Assembly: GCA_965215505.1 (NCBI GenBank)
Contig: OZ244065.1
Location: forward strand, 3,456,001-3,520,000
Length of the DNA: 64,000 bases
Reading direction: 5' to 3'
From: Capsulimonadaceae bacterium
Lineage (GTDB): Bacteria; Armatimonadota; Armatimonadia; Armatimonadales; Capsulimonadaceae
Below, one piece after another: positions 61,128-64,000 of the stretch. The notes under the pieces were generated by a model. The model saw nothing but the letters and a program-made list of their open reading frames with translations. It searched no databases and was not told the DNA's origin. Made by a program: the position numbers and the translations under genes. How positions within the stretch are numbered: the first letter of the stretch is position 1; each line of letters opens with the position of its first letter.

Positions 61128-61817
61128 TCACGCCGCCCGCTCCAGCCTCCCCGCCTTGACCTCTTCCTCTTGACCGTTTCCTTCCCCACGCGTTTCTCCC
61201 TCGGCCCCCCGGTTGCGGACGGTCAGCACGAGCTGCGTCCCCTCCGGGCCGGTGCAGAGGACCACGCTGTCCGCCAACGCCAGCATCAGGCGGAAGCCCA
61301 TGCCAAGGCCCGCGTCCGGGCGGCCTTCGCCCGCGCCCAGCAGGGCGTCGGGGGCGAGGCCGGCCCCGCAGTCGGAGACGAGGACGGTGACGCCCTCGTC
61401 GGCGGCCCAGACCTGGGCGATGCCGCCCTGGGAGTGGCGGACGGCGTTGCCGGCGGCCTCGGAGACGCAGGAGCAGAGGGCATCCAGGCGGCCATCAGAA
61501 AAGCCCCGGCGGGCGGCGATCAGGCGGAGGTTCTGGCGGAACTGTGAGACGTCCGCGCCGTCCAGCAGCGGCAGGCTCCACAGGCGCTCGCCGCGCAGGA
61601 GGCCGGGGACGTCGGCGGGTTCGCAGAGCCGCAGGCGGCCCCCGGTCACCGCCGCCAAAGTCTGCCGGTGGAAGGCCAGGGCGCGCGCCGTCTCCGCCCG
61701 GCATTCGGCCAGCGCGCGCGCGTGGGAGCGCCGCGCCCGGAGGAGGGCGGCCGTCAGCGCGGCCACGGCGGCGAGGCTCAGGGCGGGCACGAGCAGCAGG
61801 AATGTCGGGCTGGGCAT
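61128..61817 (-). CDS. Membrane-anchored RsbW/RsbT-like ATP-binding protein
   Basis: N-terminal TM; SEAAGNAVRH, VSDCGAG, GLGMG, GT. Confidence 0.75.
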   Translation of the reverse strand: MPSPTFLLLVPALSLAAVAALTAALLRARRSHARALAECRAETARALAFHRQTLAAVTGGRLRLCEPADVPGLLRGERLWSLPLLDGADVSQFRQNLRLIAARRGFSDGRLDALCSCVSEAAGNAVRHSQGGIAQVWAADEGVTVLVSDCGAGLAPDALLGAGEGRPDAGLGMGFRLMLALADSVVLCTGPEGTQLVLTVRNRGAEGETRGEGNGQEEEVKAGRLERAA

Positions 61818-61975
61818 GGGGGGCGTTTCCGGGCGTCATTCTCGGGCGTTTGGCACGCGAAATGGATGTGCGAACGGGTGCGCGTCGTTTGTCGTACTTA
61901 CTGTCGTATGTACAGACAACGCTATGCCCGGATTGTTCCACAAGAAGCGTGTTTTTTGAGAGGATCTGTGCCGCC

Positions 61976-64000
61976 ATGTCAGTAACACGCCCGTTTGGCC
62001 GCCTGCTGCTCCCGGCCGCCTGCCTCGCCGCCGTCTGCGCCGCCATTTTCAGCCGCCCCGGCCCACTCCACTCCGCCCCGGTGACTGTGGCGGGAGTGGG
62101 CGCGGCCCCGGTCCGCGCAGGCGCGGCGATGCCCACGGTTCCTCCGGCGCGCACGGTGGAAGGGGTCGCCGTCTCGGCAGGGGGGAAGCCGCTGGCCCAC
62201 GCGACTCTGTACCTGTTCGGCCTGCCGCCGGGCGAGACCGACAGGATCAAATTGGGCGACCAGAGTACGGTGGTCACGGACGGCAAGGGCCGCTTCGTGT
62301 GGCAGGTCCCCGCTGCGCTGCCGCCGCTGAGTGACTACGTCGGCGTCCGCCCGATCCCCTGCTATGCGCTGGCCGCCGACCGGGGCGACACGCGGTTCCG
62401 GCTGGCCGTCCGGTCGGACTGGCACGGGGCCAATACGGCGCGGGCGGCGCGGGACCTGCTGGAACGGGCGGTTCGGCCCTGCGTCACGAAATGGGTGTTG
62501 GGCGGGCCGCATCCCGTCCTGTCGGTGGTCGCGCCGGACACCGCCGGCGTCACACTGACCGTGCGCGGGCCGGACGGGCTGCCGGTGCGCGGGCGGGCGG
62601 TCCGGGTGGTCCCGGCGGAGCAGCAGCGGACGGACTATGATGGGTCCATCGTGTACACGGGCCGGACGGACGCCGGGGGGCGGCTGCGCCTCCGGCTGTT
62701 CCCCGGACTGTTGCGCTTCCAGGTCGTCGCCCCGAGCGTCGGCTTCGGCGCGACCGGCGCGTTCGACCTGCGGCCGGGCCGGTCCGCCGCGCCCGCGCTG
62801 CCCCCGCTCGCGCCGTTCGCCCGGCTCTCCGGGCGGATGGATGCCGCCCTGGCCGGGCCGGGCGCGGTGGTCCACGGGGAGGTAGACAATGCCGGCGGGG
62901 CCATCTGGTACGACCCGCGTGCCGCCGTGGACGCCGGAGGGAGGTGGACGCTTGGGGACGTGCTGCCGGGACGCTGCCGGCTGGTCCTGGAAGGCGGGCG
63001 CGGCGCGAGCGAGCCGGTGGCGGTGACGGTCGCGCCCGGCGAACGGCTCGGCGGCCTCACGGTCGGCCCGTCGGTGCCGGTCCCCCCGGTGGCTCCGGCG
63101 GCGGCGCTTTCTTCCCCGGACAAGCCCACGGCGCGGGGCCGGGTCACGGACACGGCAGGCCGGCCGGTGGCGGGGGCGGACGTGTACGCCGACTTCTCGT
63201 ACTTCGGGATCAACGGCGGCACACAGGGCGTGTTCGCCGCCCAGTCGGACGCGGAAGGCCGGTATGTCATCCCCGACCTGAACGGTGGCCGAGAGCTGAC
63301 CCAGGTGGATGTCCGTCTCGTGGCGCACCGGCCCGGCTTTCCCCCTGCCGTCGGGGACGTGCGGGCCGACAAGGACCAGGCTTCGGGCCGGTGGCCGGAC
63401 GTGTCCGCCGACCTCACCCTCCCGGCCCTGCACGCCGGGCTGACGGTGCGCGTGCTGCGAGGCGGCCGGCCGCTCGCGGACGTCCCGGTGAGCCTCCTCC
63501 GGGACCAGGGGAACCGGGACCAGTTTTTCTCCCTGTCCCCCCCTCCGCTCCTGGCCTACGACCCGACGGGCCAGGGGAGGACGGGGCAAGCCCTCCGCGC
63601 CCTGCTCGCCCCCCGCGCGCAGACCGGGCCGGACGGGGTGGCCCACTTCGCGGACCTGACGCCCGGCCTGTGGGCCGTGGCGGTGAACCGGCCCGACGGC
63701 TTGTGGCAGGCCCCCCCGACCCCGTTCAATCTGAGTACGGGCCTCATCGTGCGGGCGGGCGAAGACCTGTCCTACACGGTCAGCGTCCGCCCGCCGCCCG
63801 GCCCGGCCGTCCTGCGCGTTCTGGCCCCGGACGGGCTGGCCCCGGCCGGCTCCTCCGTGTCCCTGAGCGCGGTGACGGCGCCGTTCTGGGGATACAGCAG
63901 CGCCCCGGCCACGACCGACGGCGCGGGGGACGAGCGCGCCGCCCTCCCCGCGCCCGGCCTGGTGCGGGTGACGGCGGACCTCCAGAGCGCGGGCCTCCCC
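61976..64000 (+). CDS. Large secreted protein with repeated carboxypeptidase-regulatory-like domains (runs off window)
   Basis: MSVTRPFGRLLLPAACLAAV..; repeats G.P..A.V, TD..GRF/Y, GRVTDTAGRPVAGADV; not in the supplied ORF track, consistent with no stop before the window end. Confidence 0.75.
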   Translation, partial: MSVTRPFGRLLLPAACLAAVCAAIFSRPGPLHSAPVTVAGVGAAPVRAGAAMPTVPPARTVEGVAVSAGGKPLAHATLYLFGLPPGETDRIKLGDQSTVVTDGKGRFVWQVPAALPPLSDYVGVRPIPCYALAADRGDTRFRLAVRSDWHGANTARAARDLLERAVRPCVTKWVLGGPHPVLSVVAPDTAGVTLTVRGPDGLPVRGRAVRVVPAEQQRTDYDGSIVYTGRTDAGGRLRLRLFPGLLRFQVVAPSVGFGATGAFDLRPGRSAAPALPPLAPFARLSGRMDAALAGPGAVVHGEVDNAGGAIWYDPRAAVDAGGRWTLGDVLPGRCRLVLEGGRGASEPVAVTVAPGERLGGLTVGPSVPVPPVAPAAALSSPDKPTARGRVTDTAGRPVAGADVYADFSYFGINGGTQGVFAAQSDAEGRYVIPDLNGGRELTQVDVRLVAHRPGFPPAVGDVRADKDQASGRWPDVSADLTLPALHAGLTVRVLRGGRPLADVPVSLLRDQGNRDQFFSLSPPPLLAYDPTGQGRTGQALRALLAPRAQTGPDGVAHFADLTPGLWAVAVNRPDGLWQAPPTPFNLSTGLIVRAGEDLSYTVSVRPPPGPAVLRVLAPDGLAPAGSSVSLSAVTAPFWGYSSAPATTDGAGDERAALPAPGLVRVTADLQSAGLP

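Noticed and set aside
61850-61867. sigma54-like TTGGCACGCGAAATGGA upstream of the last gene
   Set aside because: The -12 position is GG rather than GC; too weak to call

Overview
High-GC bacterial chromosomal segment. The PEP-CTERM variant VPEAS(P/T)xxSLGL(L/M)LALG and the gene set suggest Armatimonadota (Capsulimonas-like); this is inference. About 50 mostly accessory genes: TonB receptor, HupE/UreJ, four PEP-CTERM proteins, two choice-of-anchor-Q-like surface proteins, GH92, GH10, S53 protease, Ser/Thr kinase, oxidoreductases, TPR proteins and a SigB/F-type sigma factor. I see no rRNA, tRNA or CRISPR. The main feature is a dense set of palindromic repeats. A stand-alone IS200-like HUH/Y1 transposase (54948-55373, no TnpB) is bracketed by two ~120-165 bp inverted-repeat elements, and five more copies lie in intergenic regions, which looks like a RAYT/REPIN system. 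Four repeat families with unrelated stems share one geometry: 8 nt-TRAA-8 nt-CT plus an inner 3-nt-loop hairpin. They enclose GTAG-type REPs, and several repeats have become part of coding sequences. Also notable: a CTAG-bounded 228-bp MITE in a PEP-CTERM gene, a duplicated sigma54-driven large-protein + PEP-CTERM cassette, a His-heptad secreted protein between the TonB receptor and HupE/UreJ, a LexA-like operator on an unknown operon, and several apparently leaderless genes. Start codons are my choice, and family calls come from motif recognition, not database searches.
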